DNA of 64,000 nucleotides from Eledone cirrhosa (taxonomy: Eukaryota), in NCBI GenBank assembly GCA_964016885.1, contig OZ024742.1:129704001-129768000 (forward strand), in the 5' to 3' direction. Shown piece after piece: positions 51,801-64,000 of the stretch. Both the position numbers and the translations under genes were made by a program. Position 1 is the stretch's first letter. Every line of letters starts with the position of its first letter. The notes under the pieces were generated by a model. The model had not been told where the DNA came from. It saw only the letters and a program-made list of their open reading frames with translations, and did not search any database.

Positions 51801-52379
51801 TTATCATTAATGTTTAACATCCATTTTCCTTCGCTTGGATGGGTTAGGCACGTTGTCATGTTATGAGACAATTCAAATGAGGTGACCATGTCTTGCTCAT
51901 ATGGATCTGTATTTTGGCTTGGTTTCTATAGATGGATGCCCTTCCTAATACCAATTACATTACAGTGTGAACTTGGTGGTTTTTTATCATGGCACCAAAA
52001 TGACCATCTAACATGGTGAACTGGGTGGTTATTATTGTGTAATCAGCACAACCACATTACTGGATGTACTATGTGGTTGTTTTGTTGTGGCACCAAATTA
52101 CCAAGCAGGGTGGAAAAAGTGCTTTTTTGTCATGGCAGCAGCATTATGGGAGGGAAGAGAACAGAAATGGAGCTTTCCGTGCTTGTATGAATAGGAGGGG
52201 TATATCAAGAGTATGGAAAGTGGGGAGGGGAATGAATATGCAAGTTTGACTTGGACAAGGTGAATGGGATATTTAGTTGGCGAGGGCAGTATACTAAGAC
52301 TGGGATGAGTGAATGCGGGTGGGATAGGGAGAAGGTTGATGCAGACAAGTATCTTCTACATGTTTACTTCATCCTGTGC

Positions 52380-53720
52380 ATGTGAGAACGTGGGTCTTCT
52401 GTAGTACAGCATAACGCCAGAGAATTCGATCTTGTGTTATCTCCTGTAAGAGATTTAATTTTTCAAGGTCAGATTTAATCATTTCATCCCAAGCTTTCCT
52501 AGCTTCCATCAACCTTGAGCACCCTGTTCATTGACACTTAGCCACTTATGTACATAACTATTACATATTCATCAAAGCATGCAAGCTTTATTTCTTTCCA
52601 ATCTTTGTAGGTCCTCTGCACACGGTGCCTAGGCCTCACTTCCATGCAGCATTGTTGTTCATACACAAGTATCATTCAATCTGCCTTTCATTTTGAGGGA
52701 AAGACCCTTTGTAGTTAGCAGTGGTAGTAGTTCCCTGAACTTTTTCCCATTACATTCATACTCTGGCTACTGTACATTCAGAACTCCCATCTCCACTGCC
52801 AATTGGTCACCCAAGTAACAGAAGCTATCAACTTCATCTATGGAGCTCTCTGAACATTTAATAGAGCTTGTTCCTAGTGAGCTCTTGCTGCTTAGTGCTC
52901 TTGTGCATCACCACATATAAAACCTATGTTCTTTGTTAGTCACATCTCTTGCGTACCTATAGTTTCCATTTAGGACATAGAATGGAATTCCTACCCAGTC
53001 TTTTTCTGCACAATGAGCAAGGCTATTTTCCTGAAGGGATCAGGACTCTGTTTTCCATTCTACTTACAAGGACTTTAATCTTTGCCAAGTTGATTTTAAG
53101 ACCTTTTTGTTCCAAGCTATGCTTCCAGGTTTGGAATTTCTCTAATTCTGAGGGTTTGATCATCAGCATATAGGCGTTCCTATGGGCAGCCAGTCTTAAA
53201 CTCTTCTATTATAGCTTGCAAGATTATAATAAGCATGAGAGGGCTAAGAACAGATCCATGATAGATCCCAACTTGCACACTAAATTCCTCACTATTGTCA
53301 TTATTAATTCTAACCTTGCTGACTGCTCCTTTGTACCTGGCTTGTAGCGTCCTCACAGACCTTTCATCTACCCCTAGTTTTCTAAGTGCCCACCAGATTA
53401 TTGAGCAGGTGACTCTGTCAAAAGCTTTCTCCAGGTTAACAAATGCCAACTAGAGAGGTTTACTTTTAGCTTGGTACTTCTCCTGACTTTGCCTAACAAG
53501 AAAGACAACATCAGTGGGACTTTTACTCAGCACACAGCCGAACAGCATCTCATCTAGTTTAATTCAGTTCATAATCAGCTGGACAATAATGCATCTTTCA
53601 ACTTGATGCCTCTATAGTTTCCTCTATCTAGTGCATCTCCTTCACCATTGTAGCAGTTGACAATGATGCTGCTATGCCAGTCATTGGGTATGATAACATT
53701 TTGCATTACTTGGTTTATGA
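52380..53720 (-). mobile_element. RTE-type LINE RT fragment
   Basis: Minus ORFs include IPNDW..SIIVNCY.G.GD..DRGNYRGIKL, AFVNLEKAFDRV and HGSVLSPL. Confidence 0.88.
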
Positions 53721-54685
53721 TACAGGTGGTTATAGTGTGACCTACTGCTCCAGCTGTAGAAAGCTTGCCACACAGGGGTTGGGAGGACACTACAGTTGTG
53801 TCAAAGACATGACAACTTCTCTTGTGCACTCAATAGAATATGAAACCATATGTAAGCAAAAAGCAGACCCTCCTGCCTGTCTGGGAGGTCAGTAGCCACA
53901 CTTCAGTACTAACTTGGTCTCCCATCCAACCTTGCTAGTAGGGAAAGCAGACAATAAATGATGTTAATCATGATGTTATATATATTTATACATAAATCAT
54001 CATCATCATCTTCGTTTAACGCCCATCTTCCACGCTAGCATAGGTTATGTTTATATATAAATATATTTATATATCACGACAAAAAGCATCTAGTACTCAG
54101 TGTAAATGAGGTTGGTATTAGGAAAGGCATCCAGCTGTAGAAACTAAGCCAAAATCAGTTCTGTATGAGCAAGACATGGTCACCCAATCTAATATTGACT
54201 ACAACAGGGCAACTCGTCTAACCCATGCCAGCGTGAAAAAATGGACGTAAAATGATGATGATGATGATATGCATATAAAATAAGAAAAGATATGTTATTA
54301 CATACGAATCATTTCAACAGTCAACCAGTTTCCAACTGATCTATTATGTAATTATAGGGTAGGACTCATGGATCGCTTCTTAAGATGTATACAGACACAG
54401 TCTAGTTCAAAGCTAGTCTGCCACAAGGAGAGAAAGATGTCATTTATATATCTTCTTCATCATCATCATCATCATTTTATGTCCGCTTTTCCCTGCTTGC
54501 AAGGGTGGGATGGGTCTTATTCAGCACAGCATCTCTCCATTTGTTATGGTCCTTCGTCATCTCCTCTGTGAGCTTCAGCAATTTGGGATCAGCTCTCACC
54601 ACCTCCGCCCATGCAAAGACAAAAATTATAACAAAAAACATTTTTAATTAAAGTGAAATCCAACAGGCCACTAGTTCAAAGCATC

Positions 54686-54945
54686 ATCATCATCATCACC
54701 GTTTTACGTCCGTTCTTCCACGCTAGCATGGGTTAGACGGGTTGTCCTGTTGTGGGCAGTGTCTGGTCGGCTGACCATGCCTTGCTCATACAGGAACTGA
54801 TTTGGCTTGATTTCTACAGCTGGATGCCCTTCCTAACACCAACCTCATTTACAGTGAGTGCTGGGTGCTTTATCGTGGTGCCTACACGTCCACTTTACAG
54901 TGTGGGCTGGGTGCTTTTTTTGCCGTGGCACCTCCACGACCACCT
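54686..54945 (-). mobile_element. SINE family B-related copy
   Basis: Shares TTTTACGTCCGTTCTTCCACGCTAGCATGGG...CTGGATGCCCTTCCTAACACC with 59503-59700. Confidence 0.7.
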
Positions 54946-55959
54946 TGCGGTGGGGGGTGTGGGGGCATATTGTCTATATGCTTCAGGAACTGTTATTCTG
55001 TGAAAGTAAATAAATAAATGGGAGAGAACCAGCTGAGTTATGGAAGGTGAAATAAAGGGGTAAAGAGAGTAATGGATAGCTTCTGAGGAGGACTAAGTAG
55101 GAAGAAGAAAAATGAAGTATCTAGTGATAGAGAAAAGGAAAAAATAAAAATAGTGGAGAAAGAAAAAGGAAGGTAAAGCAAATATAATCAGAAAGAGGAA
55201 TAGGTGTTGTAAATTCTACAGACACAGAATTAGTATTATCATTTGTTCTCAGGTAGTCTATGGTAAATGGTTTAGTCTGAGACATCTCATGTTGCAAAGC
55301 ATTGCATTCTCCAGCACCAACTTTGTCCTTTCATCCACAAACCTAGGCAGAGCTACCCATAAAGTGAAGAAGAGGAAGGTAGCTAAATAGCAGGTCTTGA
55401 TCAATCACTTTTTTCTTGTGTTGGTGTCCTTGGTCCCCTGAATTGCTGTTTTCCTCCAGAAATTTGGGAGGAGTGCATCCCATCTGAAGAAGTAGTCCTG
55501 TGAGGTGGGATGGCTGTTTTCCTCTGGAAATTTGGGAGGAGTGCATTCCATCTGAGGAAGTAGCCCTAGCTGATACAGTGGGTGTGGCTGTCTATTCTCC
55601 ATGACAATCATCATCATCTTTTAATGTCTATCTTTCCATGTTTGCATGGGTTTGACGGGTGGTCAATGTTATGAGACAAGTCTGGTCAGTTGGTCATGCC
55701 GCATCTTGCTCAAATGGAACTGTATTTATTTTGGCTGGGATTTTTACAGCTGGATGCCCTTCCTAACACCATCAAGCAATGTCTTCGTTAATTTGTCCGT
55801 GGGGCACAGCTAATATATACCCCCTAGATAGGGATATAAAATCTGCCCCTTATCTCCTTCTTTTTCCTTATGCTATTTAATTTTTTCTCTTTCTTTTTCA
55901 TTTTTTATTAAAATTATACAAAGGATGAATTGTAAATTTCTTTTATTTTTAAATATAAT

Positions 55960-56358
55960 AATTGTTTCTACTTTTGTCACAAGGCCAGCAATTACCTCAG
56001 CGCATTACTGGTGCTTTATTTTATCTACCCTGTCAGGATAAAAGTCAAAGTTAATCTCAGCGTGATTTGAACTCAGAACGTAAAGGGCTATAACTCTATG
56101 CTGCAAAGTATGGTGTCTGACTCTCTACCAATACTGCCAATGCACTGCCCATATTATTATATTTTTAAATATAATAATTGTCTCTACTTTTGGCACAAGG
56201 CCAGCAATTATTCCAGTACATTACTGGTACTTTATTTTATCGACCCCGTAAGGATGAAAGGCAAAGTTAACCTCGGCGGGATTTGAATTCAGAATGGCAA
56301 GGGCCGTAACTCTATGCGTCAAAGCATGGCGTCCGACCCTCTACCGATACTGCCAATC
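55960..56358 (-). mobile_element. Two tandem SINE family A copies
   Basis: Match to 1185-1378. Confidence 0.82.
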
Positions 56359-57869
56359 AATAATATAGTTTAGTTGGTGCCTCACGTCCACAATAGTTCA
56401 TTACCTCACATAGTGGTGGTGGTCGTTTAATTTGAATTGACTTATGCTAAAGATTAATAGGTGCAGTTGGATTATAGAGTTTAAGAAATGTTAAAGTGTT
56501 AATAGAAAACAATTATATAAGAGGTGCACAAAGGAATACGTAAGTATTGTATTAAAAATGTGTAAAAAATGCAAATATACATAAATAAAGAACACTATGT
56601 GAGGATATATGTGAAGATATGTAAAAATGTAATACGTTATGTAAAAAAATGCTTAAAATAGATAAGCAAAAAATAATGTTTAAAATGGATTGGTGAAAAA
56701 TAAGAGGTAAAATATAGAAAATGTGCCATTATATAAAAATGTACATAAATATGTAGAAAAGGGTGCAGGTGAACATATACATGATCACACACACACTGGT
56801 GCATACATCGATGTATATATACACATATATATGAAAGATTGTACACATACACACCTACAGTTATATACTGACACACCTATACATAAAGAGATTGGCATAT
56901 AAGTGTGTTTATAAATATCTATATCTGTCTATCTATATATATAATATATAAGATCAAAAGATGGTTAAAAAAGTTCCATGCATTTTATTATGCGCATTTC
57001 AAAAACAAATATCATCATGCAATGACATTTGCGTTTTCGTCAGATAAAATAGGGAGACATGATATGAAGGTTAAAAAACACTTGTGAATAGTGCAGTTTT
57101 AAATCAACATATCAATATATATATATATATATAATTGGTTTTAGATGCTTAAAACGTCCTTATGCGGTAGGCCGTATGAGCACTCGATGTCCTCATAGAG
57201 CAGAGTATGATATCGCAGAAAAAAGAGAATCAGTGTTGCGATGAAAGGAATTTATTGGACATATTACAATTGTTTCTCGGGTGACGAGAAATCTCTCTAT
57301 ATATATATATGTATATATATATATTAGTAGATGTCTGTATATTTGTATGTCTGTGCATAATGTCAATCAGGGAGTGAGAGGGGAGAGAAAGAAACAGACA
57401 TAGACTAAAAGAGAGAAAGTGTTACAGAGGGTGAGAGAGAATATGTGTGAGCGAGAGAAACACAGAATGAGAAAAAGACAGAGAGAAAAGAGAAAAAAAC
57501 ACAGAGAGAGAACAAGTTTCTATAGGAAAAGTTGAAAGAGAGGGGGAGAGAGAGAGACGCTGTGTGTTTGATACTGTTTGGAAGTTCTATAGGAGAAGTT
57601 GAAAGAAAGTCGGCACAAAGAGAGGGGGGATAGCAAGAGAGCGAGAGAGAGAGAGAGAAGATGCTATGTGTTGGATTCTGTATGTATATGTGTCAGTGTA
57701 GATACTTGTGTGTGTGATGTGTGTGGAAATAAGAGAAAAAAGTGGAGGAATTTTCTTTCTTGATGCTCCTGTTTTCTCTTGATTTCTCCTTCAATAACAT
57801 GCAAGCTTTATTACTGGGGACCAATGTGCAGAACAGTTTTCAACCCAGCTCCTCCAATTAGGAAACGAT

Positions 57870-58390
57870 TGGCTCATATTGCTATCACAGTGAATTCCCC
57901 AGCTGAATTGAAGAACAGGGTATTTCCAGACTTAAGTAGTAATTATAATTCACATAAATGGTTGTGTGAAAGGGCAATTCTTGCTCCCAAAAATGTGACA
58001 GTAGCAAGGATTGACCATGAATTAATGAATTAAATAATTAATGAATAAGATTCCAACAGTCATTAAGTACAAATCAGTTTATTCAGTCCTTGATGAAAAT
58101 CAAGCTGTCCATTACCCAACAGAGTTCCTTAATTCTCTTGAGCCACCTGGAACTCCTCCACATAAACTTTTTCTGAAGGTAGGAGTCCCAATAATGCTTC
58201 TAAGAGATTTAGATCCTCCTAAATTAAGCAATGGGACAAGGTTGATTGTGAAGAGATTATCACCTAATGTGATAGAAACTACCATCATCACTGGGTGTGC
58301 CTCTGGGGAAGATGTTTTCATTCCAAGAATTCCAATGAAACCAACAGACACGCTATTTGAGTTCAAACGAACACAATTCCCAGTGCAACT
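57870..58390 (+). mobile_element. Helitron Pif1-like helicase fragment
   Basis: WLCERAILAPKN..., [44 protein letters not shown]...VFIPRIP...FKRTQFPV are classic Helitron RepHel helicase motifs; interrupted by stops. Confidence 0.9.
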
Positions 58391-58689
58391 CCCCAGGTTA
58401 AAACACAGCCAATTTCTTCTTGGGTAAGGAAAGAGAGTGATAGAGAGGAAGTGAGAAATGAGACTCAGGCACACCCAATACACGCTGTAGAGTGGTAGTC
58501 ATAGAAATAATATCAAACATGGGATGCAATGAGCAAGATGAGGTTCCTCCAACATATCTGGCTGTGACAACCTGTCTAACCTATACTAGTATGAAAAGCA
58601 TATATAAAATGATGATGATGATGATGGCAGCTTTAATTTTTTTAAAATTTGATCTATACTTAAGGTGTATTAAATAAAGATGTTTTTCT

Positions 58690-58935
58690 TCTTCTTTGTC
58701 CACTTATTCTTGGAAGGGTTGTGGGGACAGAGCCCTTCCAGCCTGGTCCTGTCAGAATCACGCCTTCCAGCAGGTCCTGTCAGAATCAACTGTCTTCAAT
58801 TGATCCAAGTTCATGGATGTTATCCAACCAGCTTTCTCAGGGATCTACCCCTGTGACTCTTACCAGTTGGTTTTGCCCATAAAATCTGTCTAGCAATTCT
58901 TTCCTTAGACATTCTGACCACATGTCCATTGTATC
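58690..58935 (-). mobile_element. RTE-type LINE 3' fragment
   Basis: Same family as 7930-8300 and 22560-22890. Confidence 0.6.
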
Positions 58936-60289
58936 AAAGGTATTTCCTTTAAAAAGTTTTGTGGCTATGGTACTGGAGATTTAAATAAAGATGTTATACA
59001 AAATTTTCTCATTGATTGTTCTGAAATACACAATAGACTCTTTATTAATGTGCTTCATTAGGTTATGCCTGGAAGGAAGGTTGGCTGGTAAGAGAAGCAG
59101 AAGCCAGCAGCCAAAACGATGGCTTGATAATGTCAACCTATGGACTGAACTTGATCTTTGATCTTTAAACTCCTCTGTTGGTGATCAAACTTTGTGGAGA
59201 AAAATATTTCATTTTGATGTGTAGTCTGCCACTGGTGGAGTTTAGCGTCAATGTAATAAGTGGTAGTAATCATTAGTATAATTATGGTTCTTTACGTTCT
59301 GGGTTCAAATCCTGCTGAAGTTAGCTTTACCTTTTATCCTTGCGGAGTGGATAAAATAAAGTACCAGTAATGCACTGGGGTTAGCCATATACCTAAATCA
59401 GAAACTATTAATGTACCCCAATCTACTCAAAACCAAATGGTTGCAATGCAGACCTCATAACCAAACAACTATTCCTACACGCACACACACATATATATCA
59501 TTATCATCACCATTTTACGTCCGTTCTTCCACGCTAGCATGGGTTAGACGGGTTGTCCTGTTGTGGGCAGTGTCCGGTCGGCTGACCTTGTCTTGCTCAT
59601 ACGGGAACTGATTCTGGCTTGATTTCTACAGCTGGATGCCCTTCCTAACACCAACCTCATTTACAGTGAGTGCTGGGTGCTTTTTTTCCGTGGCACCTCC
59701 ACTGTACAGTAGAATGATAGGGACCCCAGTCCTATCATCTCATTTCTACAGCTGAGTAAACTGGAGCAATGGGAAATAAAGTGTCTTGCTCAAGGAAACA
59801 ACACACCACCCGGTCCGAGAATTGAACTCACAGCCTTTATATATATATATATTGCTCCAGTTTACTCAGCTGTAGAAATGAGATGATAGGGACTGGGGTC
59901 CCTATCATTCCACTGTAAAGTGGACGTGTAGGCGCCACAGAAAAAAACACCAACCACATTTACAGTGTGGGGCTGGGAGGTTTTTACCGTGTTGCCTACA
60001 CGGCCACATTACAGCGTGGACTGTCTGGCGGGTTTTCTACGGCTGGATGCCCTTCCTAACACCAACCACGTTTACAGTGTGGACTGGGAGGTTTTTACCG
60101 TGTTACCTACACGGCCACATTACAGCGTGGACTGTGTTTTTTTTTGTCGTGACACCTACACGACATCATTTGTTTCGGACTGGATGTTGTGGTACCAACA
60201 TAACTTCACATTTAAGGGGGTGGTGTGGATGGGGTGGGGTGGGGGTATTTTGTTAGAGGTGCCTACTGACTGTAGGTTTCGCTTTGTAC

Positions 60290-60845
60290 TTAGGCAAGGC
60301 GGGTCTTCTGTATGACTGTGTAGCGCCAAAGATCTCGGTCCAGTGACATTGTCTTGGAGAGGTGTAAGTGTGTGAGGTCGGAATTTATCAAGTCGTCCCA
60401 GGTTTTTCTGGGTCTGCCTACTCTGTGGCTACCATCTATTTTTATCGCCCTGCACTTTTTTATACACCTGTCGTCTTTCATGTGCATCACATGACCATAC
60501 CACATATAAAATGTATATTCTTAGTTAGCTTTCCTGTGATCCCACTACATCTTTTATGCACCCATACTTTGCATTTGGGACATAAAATGGAGTTTCTGCC
60601 TACTCCTTTCCTACACACTGAGCATGGCCATTTCCCAGATGTGACCGGTGCCCTATTTTGCTTCCTACAAACTAGAACTTTAGTCTTAGACAAGTTAACT
60701 TTAAGGTCTTTTGATTCTAGGCCATGCTTCCATGTTTGGAATTTCTTCTCTAGTTCAGCCATTGATTCAGCTATGACCGTTAGATCATCTGCAGCATATA
60801 GGAGTTCCCATGGGCAGCCGGTCTTGAACTCCTCTGTTATAGCCT
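60290..60845 (-). mobile_element. RTE-type LINE fragment
   Basis: ELLYAADDL, KVNLSKTKV, WPCSVCRKGVGRNSILC..C..WVHKRC and WYGHVM..GRPRKTW. Confidence 0.85.
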
Positions 60846-61185
60846 ATATTTAATAATTGTCTATTACCAGTTTCAGCATTTTATGCATTATCAAAGGGGG
60901 GAATTTGTATTGGTGTAAAATGTTGGTGATGTTGAACATGTTAAGGAAAAGGGGAAGAAAGAACGTTATTTTCAAACAAGGTTTTTCAAGTGAAAAGAAA
61001 AAAGAAAAAAAAGGGGGGGTAATGTGGAACATGATAAGGTAATGGGAAAGAAAAAATAATATTATTTACAGGCATAGTTCTTGAAGATAAGCAGTTCAAA
61101 ATGTGTTATGGCAAGAGTGCTTAGTTGATCCATGATATATATTCCCCTACACACCCTTTGAACTCTGTTCCCACACACTTCTCAC

Positions 61186-61214
61186 CTGAGGAAGGGCTTA
61201 TGCCCGAAACGTCG
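61186..61214 (+). other. Minimal hammerhead-ribozyme-like motif (Penelope-type)
   Basis: CTGAGGA-A-GGGC-TTAT-GCCC-GAAAC-GTC: conserved core boxes, a 4-bp stem II and a palindromic ACGT stem III. Stem I pairing is poor. Confidence 0.5.
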
Positions 61215-61305
61215 TTCCCCACCACCACCCCACTCTCCAGAGCGTGAAATTAATAAACATTCGTTGTACTGCCTCTCTGTTTTGTTCCTGTTCAAATTTT
61301 TCCAT

Positions 61306-61670
61306 TATATATATATATATATATACACATAGTATACACATGTAGGTATACATATACATACAGGTATACACACGTACACACACACTTATAGATATATACA
61401 CTCACACACATATATAGGTATACAAACGCACACACGCATATATAGGTATCCAAATGCAGACATATTGGTATACACACACACACAAACATGTATACACACA
61501 CACACACATATAGGTATGCACACACACACATGCATATCGGTATATACACATATAAATATACAAAAACATATACATATATATAGGAGTACACGCAAGTACA
61601 GCCATCCATCCATCCATACATCCATCCATCCATTCATTCATCCATTCATCCATACATACATACATACATG
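61306..61670. repeat. Compound (TA)/(CA)/(TCCA)/(TACA) microsatellite
   Basis: Direct inspection; explains the low-complexity ORFs here. Confidence 0.9.
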
Positions 61671-62914
61671 AACACCCGCACTGGTATATTTAAATACACA
61701 TATATCAGACACAGAAATGGCTTCTTTATAATTCCATCAGAAATTATCCTGAAAAAGGATGTTTGCATTCTTTGATGCTTATGGAAAAAATACCTTATAC
61801 CTGATACACAAGCACCTTATACCGTATACACAAGCACATTTGTTTAGTAATGTTTATATAATTCAATTTGTCACTTAATAATGAGTGTTTTGATTTTCCT
61901 AAGTTATCAACTAACTCACTATGTAAAGCTGGAGTAATAATATTCTTGATTAAACTCATGTATTTTCGTTGATGTAACTTAATCTTTTGAACGACACTCT
62001 AGCTTGTTATTAAATAAATTTGGTGAGCTACAGATCAAATACTGCACCATCATGCTGTTTGTAGATTATATTTAATTAAAAAATTTTTTGACTTCTGTAT
62101 TTTGAGTAGTAACACTCGTAAATATGTTTGAAATTAGATTTGTGTTTATGCAATTATTAGCCTTCTTTCTAGGTTTAACAGAGAACTCATCATCATTTGG
62201 AGTACATTTATGCATGTTAGTACACCTTTACAACACTTGTGCACTGCACATTATTATTATTATTATTATTCCACAAAAGTCACTTGAACCGATTGCCCCC
62301 TATCTTAGTTATTATCCTGTCTTTATCATTAATCTTCCCCTTCCCCATTATCAGATGCTGTTAATAAGATTAAGTGTAAGTTTACAATAGGGAGGAGATA
62401 CTGCTATTAAAACAGCTAGAGAGGAAAAAAATAAATAATTTAAGCACAGAATCCACTGAACACCAATAGATACAAGTTTAAAAACAAAATCAATATAATG
62501 AACTTCACAACAATCTTTTTTCACCCTTTTTGCAACTAAATTAGACAGTAAATTAAATTTGGTGGCATTATATCCCGTGTTAAAAAAAAAAAAACTAAGA
62601 AAAATATAATTTAAAAAAAAACATTCATGTTTGCATGCCTTAGATTTGTTGCTTTAATATAGTATAAGAATAAATTCATCTATCTATATCAGTAGTAAAA
62701 GAGAAAATTCTTCAATTTACTCATCAACATTTAACATCCATTTTCCCTGCTAGCAAAGAGTGCTTTATTGACATTACTGACCTTCAAGATAAGCAAGGGT
62801 GGTAGGGAAATCTCTTCTCATTTACATACATTACTTCAGTGCACTGGGTGTGTTTGGTTACATATTTAACTGGGTGATGTCTAAAAACATCTGACTGATA
62901 AAATGACATATTAG

Positions 62915-63210
62915 TGGCCTCCCCACAGCCCCGGCAGACAGAATGGAGAAGGTGTTTCCCCGGAGGACGGCAAGGGAGACGGGCTGGAAAAGCCATTCCA
63001 GCTCACAAGGCTCACACCTACGGCTGGCCAGCTCAGCACCTATGGTGGTGAGTAGGGAGGTAGCCCCAGGGCCAAGGACACCAGAAGTCTCTACTGCCAA
63101 GGGTACAACCACAAACCTGTCGGAGAGCGACCGGTATGTGAAGAGTTTGGCCTCCTCAGCCCGACGTGCAGCAGAACCTGGGTTAGTTGCAGACTGCACC
63201 AGGTTACAGC
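62915..63210 (-). mobile_element. CRE-clade retrotransposon 3' fragment (same family as 10230-11090)
   Basis: QSATNPGSAARRAEEAKL..YRSLSDRFVVVPLAVETSG...LRGNTF. Confidence 0.85.
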
Positions 63211-63429
63211 TGGAATTGTGGGGTCAGCAGTAGGGAGGCTGTAATGTTTTTGATACAACTGAAGAAGCCTACCAAGGTTACCATACAATATGGAGAAAGA
63301 CAGAAATAGTGAATGTCCCCTGAGAACACTCAGATGATAAGACTTTTATTTTTAACAATAGAGTTCTTTTATCAATATCTGGTCATCTGGTTCTTCCAGC
63401 GTCACAGTAACAGGTCATTATACCCTACT

Positions 63430-63620
63430 ATCTTTCTCTGTCTCTGGCAAGGTTTGGTGCTTGAAACCAGTTTGTGCCTCATTTGCACAGGTCATTTTTT
63501 AGGATGGGTCTCCAGGTCTTTCTTGGCCTACTCTTTGGTCTTTTCCCACCAGTTGGGAACCATGACATTGCAATTATTGCTGGTATATTATCCTCACATT
63601 CTTAGGACATACTTCCAGAT
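63430..63620 (-). mobile_element. RTE-type LINE 3' fragment
   Basis: The - strand has GKRP..RPRKTW-like coding remnants. Confidence 0.45.
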
Positions 63621-64000
63621 GATTTTGGTGATCCCCAGAAGGAACAAGCAGAAATATGAGGTACTCAAGTTAACTAGTGGGTTTTCACCAACTTGTTTGT
63701 GGGTAACCCAAAATGTTTTATATCATTTCTTGTGTTACTTACTGTGTTTTATAATAATTTAATATATATGTCATGTTTTATCCATCTACTGTATAACATA
63801 CATGACTGTACTCTCATTTTATATATCTTTGTTTATCATATCTCATTGCCATCATCATTTTACAACCATTTTGCGATGCTGGCAAGTATTGGAAGGGTCA
63901 TTACAGACCCAATCTGTACTTAATCTGAGCTATTATGCAGGCCAGAAGACCATGTCTCTGATTACAGTTTTGACATGGTTTCTACAGTTGGATTCCCTTC

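Noticed and set aside
57870-58427. Host PIF1 helicase gene
   Set aside because: An intronless, stop-interrupted fragment with Helitron-type motifs; a TE remnant.

Overview
AT-rich, repeat-dense animal genomic DNA. The SINE, RTE and microsatellite content suggests a coleoid cephalopod such as octopus; this is inferred. The only recognisable host gene sequence is three tandem, same-strand (-) copies of the first coding exon of a heparan-sulfate 6-O-sulfotransferase (HS6ST) at about 32.2-32.8, 39.1-39.7 and 50.1-50.7 kb. Each copy is intact: ATG, TM anchor, 5'-PAPS loop HIQKTGG, GLHADW, and an identical phase-2 AA|GTAAGT donor. No C-terminal HS6ST exon is visible between the copies or anywhere in the window. 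This suggests a cluster of alternative variable first exons spliced to a shared constant exon beyond position 1, like UGT1A or vertebrate clustered protocadherins. Copy 3 has a tight patch of 26 substitutions (15 amino-acid changes) around the Cys-rich/FSTGW loop, while the flanking sequence is near-identical, consistent with gene conversion plus functional diversification. The rest is transposon debris: a complete but decayed CsRn1-type Gypsy LTR element nested in a maT (DD37D) transposon, CRE-, R4/Dong- and RTE-type LINE fragments, a Helitron helicase fragment, a TA-flanked TIR element, many tRNA-derived SINEs, mini- and microsatellites, long hairpins and Penelope-type hammerhead-like motifs.
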